Positions 10,189-19,824 of a stretch of 64,000 bases of DNA are shown here, in pieces. Source of the DNA: Bryobacterales bacterium. GTDB lineage: Bacteria > Acidobacteriota > Terriglobia > Bryobacterales > UBA6623. The DNA lies in the NCBI GenBank assembly GCA_965226435.1, contig CBDDCY010000008.1:342925-406924 (forward strand), in the 5' to 3' direction. The notes beneath the pieces are model-generated. The model was not told the origin of the DNA. It made no database searches and worked only from the letters and a program-made list of their open reading frames with translations. The translations under genes were made by a program, and so were the position numbers. Position 1 is the stretch's first letter, and every line of letters starts with the position of its first letter.

Positions 10189-10285
10189 CGAGTCTCAGCC
10201 CACGGCTTCGCTCAAGCGGCGTGCCGTCCTTTTTTGAATGGTGAACCGACGGGCCGACGACCCACCGGGGGCTGCGGAAGACCGA

Positions 10286-12697
10286 CTACCGCTTTGTCGT
10301 CGTCCCTTGTAAGACCGGTTCCGGTTGCATCGCGCCCTTGCGGTCGAGATTGCTGTCGAAGACAGCGGTCTTGCCCGGGCCCGACTGCTTGGCACGATAC
10401 ATCGCGGCATCGGCGTTTGAAAGTAGGCCCGCGGGTGTCTCGTGCGATGAAGAGTTCAAGGCTATTCCCACGCTGGCCGTGGTAGCGAAGCGATACGATC
10501 CAAACTCGTAGGGTTCGCGCAGGTGCTCGTGAATGCGGTTAGCCACGACCTTCGCCGCCTCGGCGTCGTCGACTTTGTCGAGCAAGATCGTAAACTCGTC
10601 GCCGCCCAGCCTGGCCACGATGTCGCGCGGACGTAAGCAACTCTTGAGTCTCCGCGCCACGGTTTTCAATACTTGGTCGGCAACCATATGCCCGTAAGTG
10701 TCGTTTGTCTCCTTGAAATGGTCCAAGTCCACAAACAACACCGCAAACCGGTATCCGCTCTTGCGGGCGGCGGTTTCGGCCTTGCTCAACCGATCGAGGA
10801 ACAGCACGCGGTTGGGCAGGCCCGTCAAGGCGTCTTGCAAAGCCCGCCTACGGTCGGTGATGTCGAACACATAGATTCGAACGAAGTTGCCCTTGGGGAC
10901 ATAGCACACATGCTGTTCGTAAGCGGCATCCTTGAAGTCGAACTGCTGGATCACCGGACGCCGGCGACCCTTCTTGAAGTGCTGTACCGCGTCTTCGAAT
11001 TCCGCGAACATCGGATGACGATCCTGCTTTTGACGCAGTTCAGGAAAACGTCGCGCCGCCTCCGGATTGACGTACGTGATATCACCTTTGAGATCCACCT
11101 CGACGATCGGTTGCGGATTATGATCCGGAATCGACGCCAAACGTTGCAGCTGTTCCTGTTCCTTCTTGCGGCGGCTGATGTCGCGAACGATCACAGTGAA
11201 CAATCGTCCTTGTTCGGAAATCGTTTCTCCGATCCGGACTTCTACGGGCATATCAGACCCGTCACGATGACGCGCTACCAGCTCAGCTCCTACTTGCCAC
11301 GCTTTTCGCGAGAGCTGCGGTAGACCGGCGAAGGCTCCGTCATCTTCGCGGCGTCCGGCCAAATCGAGCAATTCAGAGATCCTCTTGCCCTCGACTTCGG
11401 TCTCCTGGTAGCCGAATAGCCGCATGACGGCGGGATTAGCCGATTGAATCACCCCGGCTTCATTCACGCCGACGACGGCATCCGGGGAATAGTCGATCGC
11501 CGCCTGCGCGTGCGTCCGTTTCTCCGGACCATTGGTCTGTCCGACCAACAGCGTAGCTTTGTGCTGGAACGCCAGCGACCAGGTTAGCCCGAAAACCACG
11601 AAACCCAGCATGACGCCGCGCCACGGCACTCCTTGCAGGCCCTGTCGTGCGAACAACGTCTCAAACGACTCTTTGGTCTGGAAGCGCAAGGTCCAGGTTC
11701 GGCTCCCGAATTCCAATACGGCCGTTCGCTCAAACCACGCGTCCCCGGGACGAGTCGATCCGCCTTCCCAATAGAGCACGGCTCCTTGCGATTCGGGTGC
11801 TCCGTCGTAGACGACGTAATCCAACTCGTACTCCCCATTGCTCCAGGGCGGACTCAGCAGCTGTGCCGGCAACAGCAGCGTGGCGGTCCTTCTATCGTTG
11901 CGACGAGTCTTGTCCCGAGACCGCTGCGCCAACAGTAAGTAGTCCTGCTCGCCTGCTCCGCAATTCAGGGCGAACTTGCCGCTTACCGCGGCCCCGTCCG
12001 TGTCCGCGGCTGCCTGAAAGGCTGTCGGCGAGAATGCCCCATCCGGTACCGCGAAACTGGATGCGGTGCAATGGTTTGAGGTGCTCGCGGCCGTCCGGAA
12101 TCGATAGCCCCCGGCGGCGGCCTCGGATCGATTTCCAACGCGTTCGCCGTCCTGTTCAATCGAGCCAACAGCGGCGATGGCGGGATATTGTGATTCGACC
12201 AACTCAGCCAGGAATTTCGGTTCTTTGCTGTTCGGGTCTTCCAACAGCGGCGCGGCGAATTTGAGGAAGTCGCTGTAGCGCGCAATTCGTTCGCTCAGGG
12301 CGCGGTGAGTACCATCCACTTCCCGATCAAAGGCGGTTCTCGCGAGCATCCTGTTCTCGTAGCGACGGGCGTGCCAAGCCGACGCCGTCAAGAAGAACAC
12401 CAGAGCCAGGCAGACCCACGGCAGAGCCCAAATGAGCAGGTTGGCCTTACTGAGTCGCTTTCTGTGACGCCCGAAAAGGTACAGGGCATAGGCGATAGCC
12501 GCCGCGACGCCGACAGCGGGCAAAATTGCCGAGCGATCACCCAGGTTTTGGGCGAGATTCCAGAGTACGTAGCCGGAAGCAGCCAGCAGCGCGGTAAGAC
12601 GCACGGTGACGATCCAACCCTCCGACGTGGGGTTGGAGCGGGGGCCGGCACTGCCCGGATCGGGCTGTCCAACTTTGCTCTTGGATCGCGGCGTCAT
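10286..12697 (-). CDS. Membrane-bound sensor diguanylate cyclase (periplasmic sensor region, PAS domains, GGDEF)
   Basis: 803 aa. Transmembrane helices flank an extracytoplasmic segment; PAS-like repeats; C-terminal GGDEF domain (FVDLDHFKETNDTYGHMVADQVL...RLGGDEFTILL). Confidence 0.85.
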   Translation of the reverse strand: MTPRSKSKVGQPDPGSAGPRSNPTSEGWIVTVRLTALLAASGYVLWNLAQNLGDRSAILPAVGVAAAIAYALYLFGRHRKRLSKANLLIWALPWVCLALVFFLTASAWHARRYENRMLARTAFDREVDGTHRALSERIARYSDFLKFAAPLLEDPNSKEPKFLAELVESQYPAIAAVGSIEQDGERVGNRSEAAAGGYRFRTAASTSNHCTASSFAVPDGAFSPTAFQAAADTDGAAVSGKFALNCGAGEQDYLLLAQRSRDKTRRNDRRTATLLLPAQLLSPPWSNGEYELDYVVYDGAPESQGAVLYWEGGSTRPGDAWFERTAVLEFGSRTWTLRFQTKESFETLFARQGLQGVPWRGVMLGFVVFGLTWSLAFQHKATLLVGQTNGPEKRTHAQAAIDYSPDAVVGVNEAGVIQSANPAVMRLFGYQETEVEGKRISELLDLAGRREDDGAFAGLPQLSRKAWQVGAELVARHRDGSDMPVEVRIGETISEQGRLFTVIVRDISRRKKEQEQLQRLASIPDHNPQPIVEVDLKGDITYVNPEAARRFPELRQKQDRHPMFAEFEDAVQHFKKGRRRPVIQQFDFKDAAYEQHVCYVPKGNFVRIYVFDITDRRRALQDALTGLPNRVLFLDRLSKAETAARKSGYRFAVLFVDLDHFKETNDTYGHMVADQVLKTVARRLKSCLRPRDIVARLGGDEFTILLDKVDDAEAAKVVANRIHEHLREPYEFGSYRFATTASVGIALNSSSHETPAGLLSNADAAMYRAKQSGPGKTAVFDSNLDRKGAMQPEPVLQGTTTKR

Positions 12698-12985
12698 CGG
12701 TATCTTTAGGTCTATACCCCCTAAATGTGCGGCCTTTAGGGTGAACGCGGCAATAGGACCGTAGTACTGAATTCCAGCAACTTTTTGTCTCTATGACTTT
12801 TGTCATACTCATGACGGCTTACATCGAAAACCTCACTTCGCCAGGCTCAATGGCGCACACGACCTGGAACCCTGAGGTAAAACGCTCAGCGTTCGAGCGG
12901 TGTCGACACCGAACTGTCGGCGAGGTCTTCAAATCGCGGGAAGCGGGGAAGATAGTGTTCCGAGATTTGGCAAAAGGAATTGCGC

Positions 12986-13876
12986 TCAGCGCTCGGTCCA
13001 ATGGGGGGATCTTTTCTCGAGAAAGGCGCTCATGCCTTCTTGCCCGTCCTCGGCCAGCGCGTTCATGGTCATGACTTCCTTGGTGTAGGCGTAGGCTTGC
13101 GGCTGATCGAGATCAATCTGCGAATAGAACGCTTCCTTCCCGAGTGCCAGGACGACCGCGCCGGCCGCGGCAATGCGCCCGGCCAGCTCCCGTGTCGCCG
13201 CGGCTACCTCGGCTCGCGGAACCACGCGATTGAGTAACCCCCACTCCAGAGCGGTATGGGCGCTGATCGGTGTTCCGGTCAACAACATTTCCAGGGCGCG
13301 CTTGCGACCAATGGAGCGGGTGAGTGGAACCATTGGCGTACTGCAAAACAGACCGATCTTCACGCCCGGCGTCGCGAATGTGGAGTCCTCCGACGCCACG
13401 GCTAAATCGCAGGAAGCCACGAGCTGACACCCGGCCGCCGTTGCGATGCCTTCGATCTGTGCGATGACCGGTTGCGGGATCTTCTGAATCATCGTCATCA
13501 GATCCGTGCAAACGCTAAACATCTCTCGATAAGCCTCGACGTCTCGGCCTATCATCTCGTTGAGATCATGACCGGAAGAAAAGACGGGGCCTTGGGCGGC
13601 CACGATGACCACCTTGATTGCTCCGTCCGACGCGATGCCGCGAAGTTCATCGATCAGCTTCCGCATCAATTCCAGCGACAAGGCGTTGCGCCGTCGCGGT
13701 CGGTTCAGTCGCAGCACCGCAATCGGCGCTTCGCGTTCCACAATCAATTCGGAAGGTTCCACGGATGTCCCCAGGTTATCATTTCGACTCGTCCCGCGTG
13801 TGCGGAATTGCAGGGAAAGCAGCTCTCCCGGGTGAGCCGCGCCACGCCATGAGGTTCCAAAGTGTTGCTGTAGCAT
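12986..13876 (-). CDS. Enoyl-CoA hydratase/isomerase family protein
   Basis: Crotonase fold (IAVLRLNRPRRRNALSLELM...AAQGPVFSSGHDL...IATAAGCQLVASCDLAVAS). The long N-terminal part of ORF 12986-14224 looks non-coding. The ATG at 13876 is the first plausible start, and a GTG a little further in is also possible. Confidence 0.75.
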   Translation of the reverse strand: MLQQHFGTSWRGAAHPGELLSLQFRTRGTSRNDNLGTSVEPSELIVEREAPIAVLRLNRPRRRNALSLELMRKLIDELRGIASDGAIKVVIVAAQGPVFSSGHDLNEMIGRDVEAYREMFSVCTDLMTMIQKIPQPVIAQIEGIATAAGCQLVASCDLAVASEDSTFATPGVKIGLFCSTPMVPLTRSIGRKRALEMLLTGTPISAHTALEWGLLNRVVPRAEVAAATRELAGRIAAAGAVVLALGKEAFYSQIDLDQPQAYAYTKEVMTMNALAEDGQEGMSAFLEKRSPHWTER

Positions 13877-13889
13877 GACATTGCATGTG

Positions 13890-14340
13890 TGTTGCCGGCG
13901 GCAATTGGGTTTGTTTCGCGATTTCGGCTGGGCGCGCTGTTTCGTTCGTGGAAGATTGGGTTCGTTTGGTCGAATTTGTTGAGCCGGGGATGAGCCTCTC
14001 GCTTTCTTCGGCTCAGATCGGAACTCGGGACCGATACGGGCAGGTCGACAGATCGTTGTACGGCACGGGGAGGAGCATGGATGCCGGCCCGGTTGCCAAC
14101 GGCGGGCGCGGGATTGGCGAAGATTCCTTCCGTGGGTCCGGCTGTCTGATTCGCTGGGCCTTTCTAAAGTGTTGATGGATTGGTAGATAGACGCCATGTT
14201 TCGATCATTGGCTTCGTTTCGCAAAAAAGCGTTTCGCGGAAATCGTCGGGCCGCTTGGTAGGTGTTTTTTTTACCATGGCTTGCTGTTGACGGTCTTGGA
14301 TTTGAAGGGATCCAGGCTCAGGATAACGGGCCTGTCAACC
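13890..14340 (+). repeat. Noncoding repeat module A (paralog of 50420-51040), rich in GTTTCG cores
   Basis: The best-aligned core 14171-14339 matches 50881-51036, for example TTGGCTTCGTTTCGCA, GTTTCGCGG, a T-run, and GGCTTG(C/T)TG(T/C)TGA(C/T)GGT(C/T)TGGATTTG...GGCTCAGGATAACGGGC(C/T)TGTCAA. Upstream, GGGTTCGTTTGG (13957) matches 50656. Confidence 0.75.
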
Positions 14341-14383
14341 CGGTTTGCGCCGGTTCGTAGCGGCAGTACCTAAACTAGGAACC

Positions 14384-14629
14384 ATGGAGCGGCGAGTGAA
14401 AGTCTTCTCTTCGTTTGAAGAAGAAGAAAAGGCGACGAGGGAATACTATCTCTCCCTGACGCCTCAACAGCGCTTGGATATCTTGTTCGAGTTGATCGAA
14501 CGGTCTCGCGACCCCAACGATGAAGCTTCACAAAGATTCGAGAGAGTTTATCGCGTTGTTCAACTCTCACAAAAGCAATTAGCCCGGCATTGCAAACGCG
14601 ACGATGGGGGGGCAACCATCCACCCTTAG
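14384..14629 (+). CDS. Small hypothetical protein
   Basis: ATG at 14384 (MERRVKVFSSFEEEEKATREYYLSLTPQQRLDILFELIE...). It resembles a widespread small protein of unknown function, recognised from memory only. Confidence 0.45.
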   Translation: MERRVKVFSSFEEEEKATREYYLSLTPQQRLDILFELIERSRDPNDEASQRFERVYRVVQLSQKQLARHCKRDDGGATIHP

Positions 14630-14733
14630 CCGCTCAGGTCACGCGCCAAAGAGGACCTACCTTGGCTCGCATTTCCGCCGACACGCAGGCAACACAAGCT
14701 CCTCTTCCCGCGTCCCATATAGAATAGGAAGCC

Positions 14734-16149
14734 ATGAGTGAGAGTCCTCAAGCGGCCCCGGCGCGGGTGCTGATCGTCGACGACGAGGAAGACCAACGGC
14801 GAGCCTTGGCCAGCTTGGCGTCGTCGTGGGGATTCAGCGTCGAAACCGCTTGCGATGGGCGCGATGCACTGGAAAAGCTCGCCGAATTTCGGGCGCATGT
14901 GCTGGTCACCGACCTCAATATGCCGCGCATGGACGGTTTCGAGCTGTTGCGGCAATTGAGCGTGCAGGGGCATTCTCCGGCGTCGATCGTGTTGACGGCT
15001 TTCGGGAGCATGGAGAACGCCATCAAGACGGTCCATGACCTGGGTGCGTTTTGGTTCCTCGAAAAACCGATTCAGCCGACGGCGTTGAAGGTGCTGCTCG
15101 AACGCGCGGCGTCGCAGGGCAAGCTCACCGAGGAAACCGATCTGCTGCACCGCCAATTGAGCTACCAAGGGTTGCTCGACGGCTTGTCCGGCACGTCGGC
15201 TCCGATGCAGGAAGTTTTCTCGATGACGCGCCAAGTCGCTCCGTCGAGCGCCGCTGTGTTGGTCACCGGCGAGAGCGGCACCGGGAAGGAGTTAGTCGCC
15301 CGAGCCGTCCATGATCTCAGCCCTCGCCGCAGCGGCCCGTTTATCGCCATCAATTGCGCGGCGATGCCGGAGACACTAATTGAGAGCGAGCTTTTCGGGC
15401 ACGAAAAAGGTGCTTTCACCGGAGCCGTGCAGCGCCGGGCCGGATGTTTCGAAATGGCCGACGGCGGCACCCTTCTGCTGGACGAAATCGGCGACATGCC
15501 GATCGGAACGCAAGCCAAGTTGTTGCGCGTGCTCGAAGACTCGCGCGTGCGGCGTCTGGGCGGCGCGCGCGAGATCGAAGTCGATGTTCGCGTGATCGCG
15601 GCGACCAACAAGAATATCGACGAGGCGCTCGCCGAAGGGTCGCTGCGCGAAGACCTCTACTATCGCCTCAACGTTTTTCATATTCCGCTTCCTCCACTAC
15701 GAGAACATATGGATGACCTACTGGTTATCGGTGAAACCCTCATCCAAACCTTGAATAAAAAACACAACTGTAAGGTAGTCGATCTACACCCCGAGGTCGT
15801 GGAACGTTTTCGGCGCTACAACTGGCCGGGCAATGTGCGGGAACTTCGCAATGTGCTCGAGCGGGCGGTCATCCTGGCGGGGGAGGGTACGATCCTGCCG
15901 TCGCATCTGGTGGGCGGCTTAGCGGCCGGCCTGAGGCCGGATGCGGCGCGTGCGGCGGAAGACCCGAATGCCGTCACGCTGCCGGTGGGAACAACCGTGC
16001 GCGAGGCCGAGAAAGCGCTGATCTTGAAGACTCTCGATCACACCGACAACAATAAGACACGAGCAGCGGAAATCCTTTCGGTCAGCCTCAAGACGCTGCA
16101 TAACAAGCTGAAGGAATATAGTTCGCGGGAGTCGGAACCGGAAACTTAG
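14734..16149 (+). CDS. Sigma-54-dependent response regulator (NtrC family: REC, AAA+ and Fis-type HTH)
   Basis: Receiver domain (LIVDDEEDQR...DLNMPRMDG), Walker A GESGTGKE, GAFTGA loop (HEKGAFTGA), C-terminal HTH (NKTRAAEILSVSLKTLHNKLK). Confidence 0.9.
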   Translation: MSESPQAAPARVLIVDDEEDQRRALASLASSWGFSVETACDGRDALEKLAEFRAHVLVTDLNMPRMDGFELLRQLSVQGHSPASIVLTAFGSMENAIKTVHDLGAFWFLEKPIQPTALKVLLERAASQGKLTEETDLLHRQLSYQGLLDGLSGTSAPMQEVFSMTRQVAPSSAAVLVTGESGTGKELVARAVHDLSPRRSGPFIAINCAAMPETLIESELFGHEKGAFTGAVQRRAGCFEMADGGTLLLDEIGDMPIGTQAKLLRVLEDSRVRRLGGAREIEVDVRVIAATNKNIDEALAEGSLREDLYYRLNVFHIPLPPLREHMDDLLVIGETLIQTLNKKHNCKVVDLHPEVVERFRRYNWPGNVRELRNVLERAVILAGEGTILPSHLVGGLAAGLRPDAARAAEDPNAVTLPVGTTVREAEKALILKTLDHTDNNKTRAAEILSVSLKTLHNKLKEYSSRESEPET

Positions 16150-16221
16150 CGCCAGGGGGATGCGGAGCCACTCTCGGCGAAGCGGCCCGTTTTTCGATCG
16201 GGTCGGTAGACGCCCGAAGCC

Positions 16222-18123
16222 ATGTCCGTCCAGAATAGGCTGCGGTTTTCGATCATTGCGCTGGTGGTGATTATCGTTGTTGCCCTCTCCGTGCTCCATG
16301 TGCGCAGCGTTGTCGAGGCTCGCTTCGAAGATTCCTGCAACCTGGCCTCGATCGGGGCGATGCAGGTCGAAAGCTTTATTCTGCAAATCGTCGATGAGCA
16401 GACGGCCCGGCGAGATCCTCCCCCGGCGACTCTCGATGAGGTGAAGGCCGTCTGGGCCGAGATCGTCGAACAAGACGCCGGACTGGCGGTCCTGCTCCAG
16501 AAGCTGACAGGCAACTCGCCGACCATGGTTGAGGTGTTGGTCAGTGGCGCGGGAGACCGCGTGCTGTCGGCGTCGATCCCCTCCCGCAAAGGCCAGAAAG
16601 TTCGATCGCGGCCCAGTTTGGATGAATTCAACCGTCAACCTTGGTGGCGCAAGCTTGAGGTCGTGCTGACGGCGAGCCGCGATTACGAAGTGACGAAACC
16701 GCTCGGCATCCCAGGGGAACAAGACCCTGTGTTTGCCGTCCGCGTCGTACTTTCGTCGGTCTTGATGCGGGCCGAGGTCTTGCCGAGTTTACAGACCCTG
16801 GCGGTGGCTTCCACCGTTTCCTTGGTGTTGTCCGTCCTGTTGGCAATGTTGGCGGCCAAGATCGCTTTTCGTCCTCTGACGCGGATTGGCGAGGCCATTG
16901 ATCGAATCAGTCGCGGCGAGCTGGAGGTCGAGAAGCAAGTAAGCAGCGGTGAGTCGAGGGAAGTCTCGGCCGTGGAGTCGAAGCTCAGCGTCTTGGGCGA
17001 ACAGTTTCGTGGCGCCAGGGCTGAGCGCGAACATCTGCAAGCGAATGTCGATCGCTTGCTCGACCGGCTCGAGGAAGCCGTATTGCTCTTCGGCCCCGAC
17101 GACAAACTGTTAATGGCCGGCCGCGCGGCGCAGCGTTTATTGGGAGGGCGTTGGGAATGGATGGGTTCCTCGGTCGAGGAAGTGTTTCCTGCCTCATCCG
17201 ATTTGGGGGCACTCGTCCAAAGCGCCGTTCGATTAAACCAAACCGTTAGCGATCGAGTCGTGACCTATGATCGTGCCGACTCGGCGACCATGCAGATGGT
17301 CGTCAACGTGGAAGTCGTCGAGGATTTCGTTACCCACGAACGGCGCGGCACGATGGTGACGCTGCGCGACGCCGGACCGCGGCGGCAGATCGAGTCGCGA
17401 TTGGATGTGGCGTCGCGGCTGGCCTCGATCAGTCGTCTCACCAGCGGGGCTGCTCACGAAATCAAGAATCCGTTGAACTCGATTGCCCTTCATCTGGAAG
17501 TGCTGAAGACGAAGCTTGAAGGCACGGGCGCCGAGACCGAAAAGGAGATCGACGTCATCTCAAGGGAGATCACGCGACTTGACTGCGTCGTGAAGAGTTT
17601 CTTGGACTTCACCCGTCCCATCGAGCTGACGATGGTACGCATGGATCTGGCGAAGCTGGTGGACGACGTGGCGGCTCTGGTATTGCCCGATGCCGAACGT
17701 CGTCGGGTGAGCATCACGACCAGTCGCGATGACTCGCCGGCGTGGATTCGGGGCGACAAGGATCTGCTCACCCAAGCTCTTCTCAACGTCGTCGTGAACG
17801 GCGTGGACGCCATGCCCGAAGGCGGTCGGCTGGAAATTGCAACCAAGGCCGCGGAAGAAGGTCCGCACGTTGCCATTCGAGACTATGGCGGCGGGATTTC
17901 CGAGGACATCCGCGACAAGATCTACAACCTGTATTTCACGACGAAGGGGCAAGGATCGGGTATCGGATTGGCGATGACGTTTCGGGTTGTCCAGTTGCAC
18001 GGTGGTACAATTGGGTTCGAAACCTGGCCGGGCAAGGGAACCGAGTTTCAACTGAGGTTTTCGACGGCCCCGGAGGAGCAAGCGGCGAACGAACGGGGAA
18101 TCGACCGGGGAATTGAGCAATGA
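16222..18123 (+). CDS. Sensor histidine kinase (TM, HAMP, PAS-like, HisKA, HATPase_c)
   Basis: H-box SGAAHEIKNPLNSI; N, G1 and G2 boxes (NVVVNGVDAM, RDYGGGI, GSGIGL). Adjacent to the NtrC-type regulator. Confidence 0.9.
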   Translation: MSVQNRLRFSIIALVVIIVVALSVLHVRSVVEARFEDSCNLASIGAMQVESFILQIVDEQTARRDPPPATLDEVKAVWAEIVEQDAGLAVLLQKLTGNSPTMVEVLVSGAGDRVLSASIPSRKGQKVRSRPSLDEFNRQPWWRKLEVVLTASRDYEVTKPLGIPGEQDPVFAVRVVLSSVLMRAEVLPSLQTLAVASTVSLVLSVLLAMLAAKIAFRPLTRIGEAIDRISRGELEVEKQVSSGESREVSAVESKLSVLGEQFRGARAEREHLQANVDRLLDRLEEAVLLFGPDDKLLMAGRAAQRLLGGRWEWMGSSVEEVFPASSDLGALVQSAVRLNQTVSDRVVTYDRADSATMQMVVNVEVVEDFVTHERRGTMVTLRDAGPRRQIESRLDVASRLASISRLTSGAAHEIKNPLNSIALHLEVLKTKLEGTGAETEKEIDVISREITRLDCVVKSFLDFTRPIELTMVRMDLAKLVDDVAALVLPDAERRRVSITTSRDDSPAWIRGDKDLLTQALLNVVVNGVDAMPEGGRLEIATKAAEEGPHVAIRDYGGGISEDIRDKIYNLYFTTKGQGSGIGLAMTFRVVQLHGGTIGFETWPGKGTEFQLRFSTAPEEQAANERGIDRGIEQ

Positions 18124-18737
18124 TCCGCGAACGGTCCGGGGAGGTGCTCGCCGCCGTTTTGTTGACGTTGAGCGGACTCGGCTGCGGGACCAAGACGGTA
18201 GCCACGCCCGCGGCGCCTGAACCTGTCGTGGAAGTCGCGGCGCCCGCGCCGCGCCGACCTGTCGGTTCGGTTGTCGAAACCCAAAATTCGGGGCCGTTGC
18301 CGGCCGTCGCGCCGCTTACCGTCGAGACGGCGCCCGCGGGGCCCGAGCCGCTGGCGGGCGAGGCGGGGCGGTTGCCGAAGGGTACGGAGACTGAACCTCT
18401 GCGAGAGGGGAACTCCGCCGACAAAGGCGCCGACGAAGGGTCGCGGGGACGCAGGGAGGCGGCTCGCGGTGCGATTCCGCGTCTGGGACCTGTCCTGACA
18501 CGAGAGCAGCGCAGGGAACGGAATCGTCTGATTGACCGAGATTTGGATGCTGCCAGACGTATCGTGGCGGGCATAGTCGCACGCGACTTGACGGCGGAAC
18601 AGGTTAATTCGGCGCGGCGGATAAGAGAGTTCTTACGCCAGGCCGAAGAGGCGCGATCGCGCGATCCGGCGCTGGCGCGCAATTTGGCGCACCGGGCTGC
18701 GGTGTTGGCCCGAGACCTGGCGGCAGGCCTGGACTAG
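18120..18737 (+). CDS. Putative lipoprotein, Pro/Ala-rich, unknown function
   Basis: Start overlaps the kinase stop. Lipobox-like LTLSGLGCG. Low-complexity middle and a helical Arg-rich C-terminus. Confidence 0.5.
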   Translation: MIRERSGEVLAAVLLTLSGLGCGTKTVATPAAPEPVVEVAAPAPRRPVGSVVETQNSGPLPAVAPLTVETAPAGPEPLAGEAGRLPKGTETEPLREGNSADKGADEGSRGRREAARGAIPRLGPVLTREQRRERNRLIDRDLDAARRIVAGIVARDLTAEQVNSARRIREFLRQAEEARSRDPALARNLAHRAAVLARDLAAGLD

Positions 18738-18771
18738 GGAGAGGCCTCGCTAGCGGCGCTCTGACCGCGGG

Positions 18772-19824
18772 GTGGAGATCCCTCGGAGAAGGACTATCGT
18801 GTCAGGGTCATTGACAGGATTGACGACTGGCGGAAACGCAGCCGCCGCGTCACGCGCGGGCTGGTGGCAGCGCATTCGCGGGAATGCCGGTGCCGCCCGC
18901 GGGACCGTGATTGGTATCGATGTCGGCTCCAAGAGGACTCAAGTGATCCTCCTCCGCCGAGCCGCAACAACGATCTCTCTGGATAAGGTTGCTTTGTTTC
19001 CCACCTCGCCCGAGGCCACCACGGCCGGGGAGTTCACCAACGGCTTGGCAGTGGCCGAACAGCTGGAAGCCATTTGGCCGGCCTACAGCATCAAGACGTC
19101 TCGTGCCGCCATCGCCGTCAACGGCGACAAGGTTTTTTGCCAAGCCCTCCACTTGTCCTCCGATTCCCAGGAATATATCGAGTCGGCGCTGCGGAGTGAA
19201 GCGCTACGTGTGGCGCCCTATTCGCTTGAGACCGCGACTCTCGACTATGAAGCGCTTACGGGCCCGGACCGGGATCAATTGTTGTGGGTCAGCGCGCCGA
19301 CCGAGCAGGTCGAGTGGGTCCGGGACGTCGTCGATTTTGCCGGTAAGACCCCGGCCTTGGTCGACGCGGAGGCCTGCGCGTTGGCGAATGCCTTCATCTT
19401 CAACAACAAACCCCGACAAGACGCGGGGTCTCTCCTGCTGCATGTCGGAGCCGGAACGCTCACCGCCTGTTTGTTGCGCGGAGAAGCGCTGCTTTGCTCA
19501 CGAACGGCCCGCATGCACGACAGCGCGTCGGAAGAGGGGCATGAAGCGTTAAGAATTGCATCGGAAGCCCACCAATTGTGGGACCTGCTTAGCGCACAAA
19601 CGAGGATGGAAGGGGTCGAATCAATCTGGGTCTCCGGTGGCGGCGCCCGCGATGCAGTCGTCGCCGCCATCAGCGAACGCTTTGAAGTGCAAGCGGATCG
19701 GTTCGATCCTTTTCGTGAAATTGATTTGCCGGAGGAAGGCGACGCAGCGAGGATGACCGAAGAACAGCGCGCCGGCTGCGCGGTTGCTGTCGGTCTCGCT
19801 TTGCGTGGGTTTGAAGATTTATGA
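18772..19824 (+). CDS. pilM: Type IV pilus assembly protein PilM-like (actin-like ATPase fold)
   Basis: VIGIDVGSKRTQVILL..., DAEACALANAF, VSGGGAR motifs. The start codon is uncertain and the true start may lie downstream of 18772. Confidence 0.7.
   Translation: MEIPRRRTIVSGSLTGLTTGGNAAAASRAGWWQRIRGNAGAARGTVIGIDVGSKRTQVILLRRAATTISLDKVALFPTSPEATTAGEFTNGLAVAEQLEAIWPAYSIKTSRAAIAVNGDKVFCQALHLSSDSQEYIESALRSEALRVAPYSLETATLDYEALTGPDRDQLLWVSAPTEQVEWVRDVVDFAGKTPALVDAEACALANAFIFNNKPRQDAGSLLLHVGAGTLTACLLRGEALLCSRTARMHDSASEEGHEALRIASEAHQLWDLLSAQTRMEGVESIWVSGGGARDAVVAAISERFEVQADRFDPFREIDLPEEGDAARMTEEQRAGCAVAVGLALRGFEDL

Noticed and set aside
14208-14223. TTGGCTTCGTTTCGCA (also at 50447 and 50907) as a sigma-54 -24/-12 promoter
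   Set aside because: GG and GC are separated by 9 nt instead of the strictly conserved 10, and the -12 TTGC element is replaced by TCGC. I retain it only as part of the repeat-module finding.
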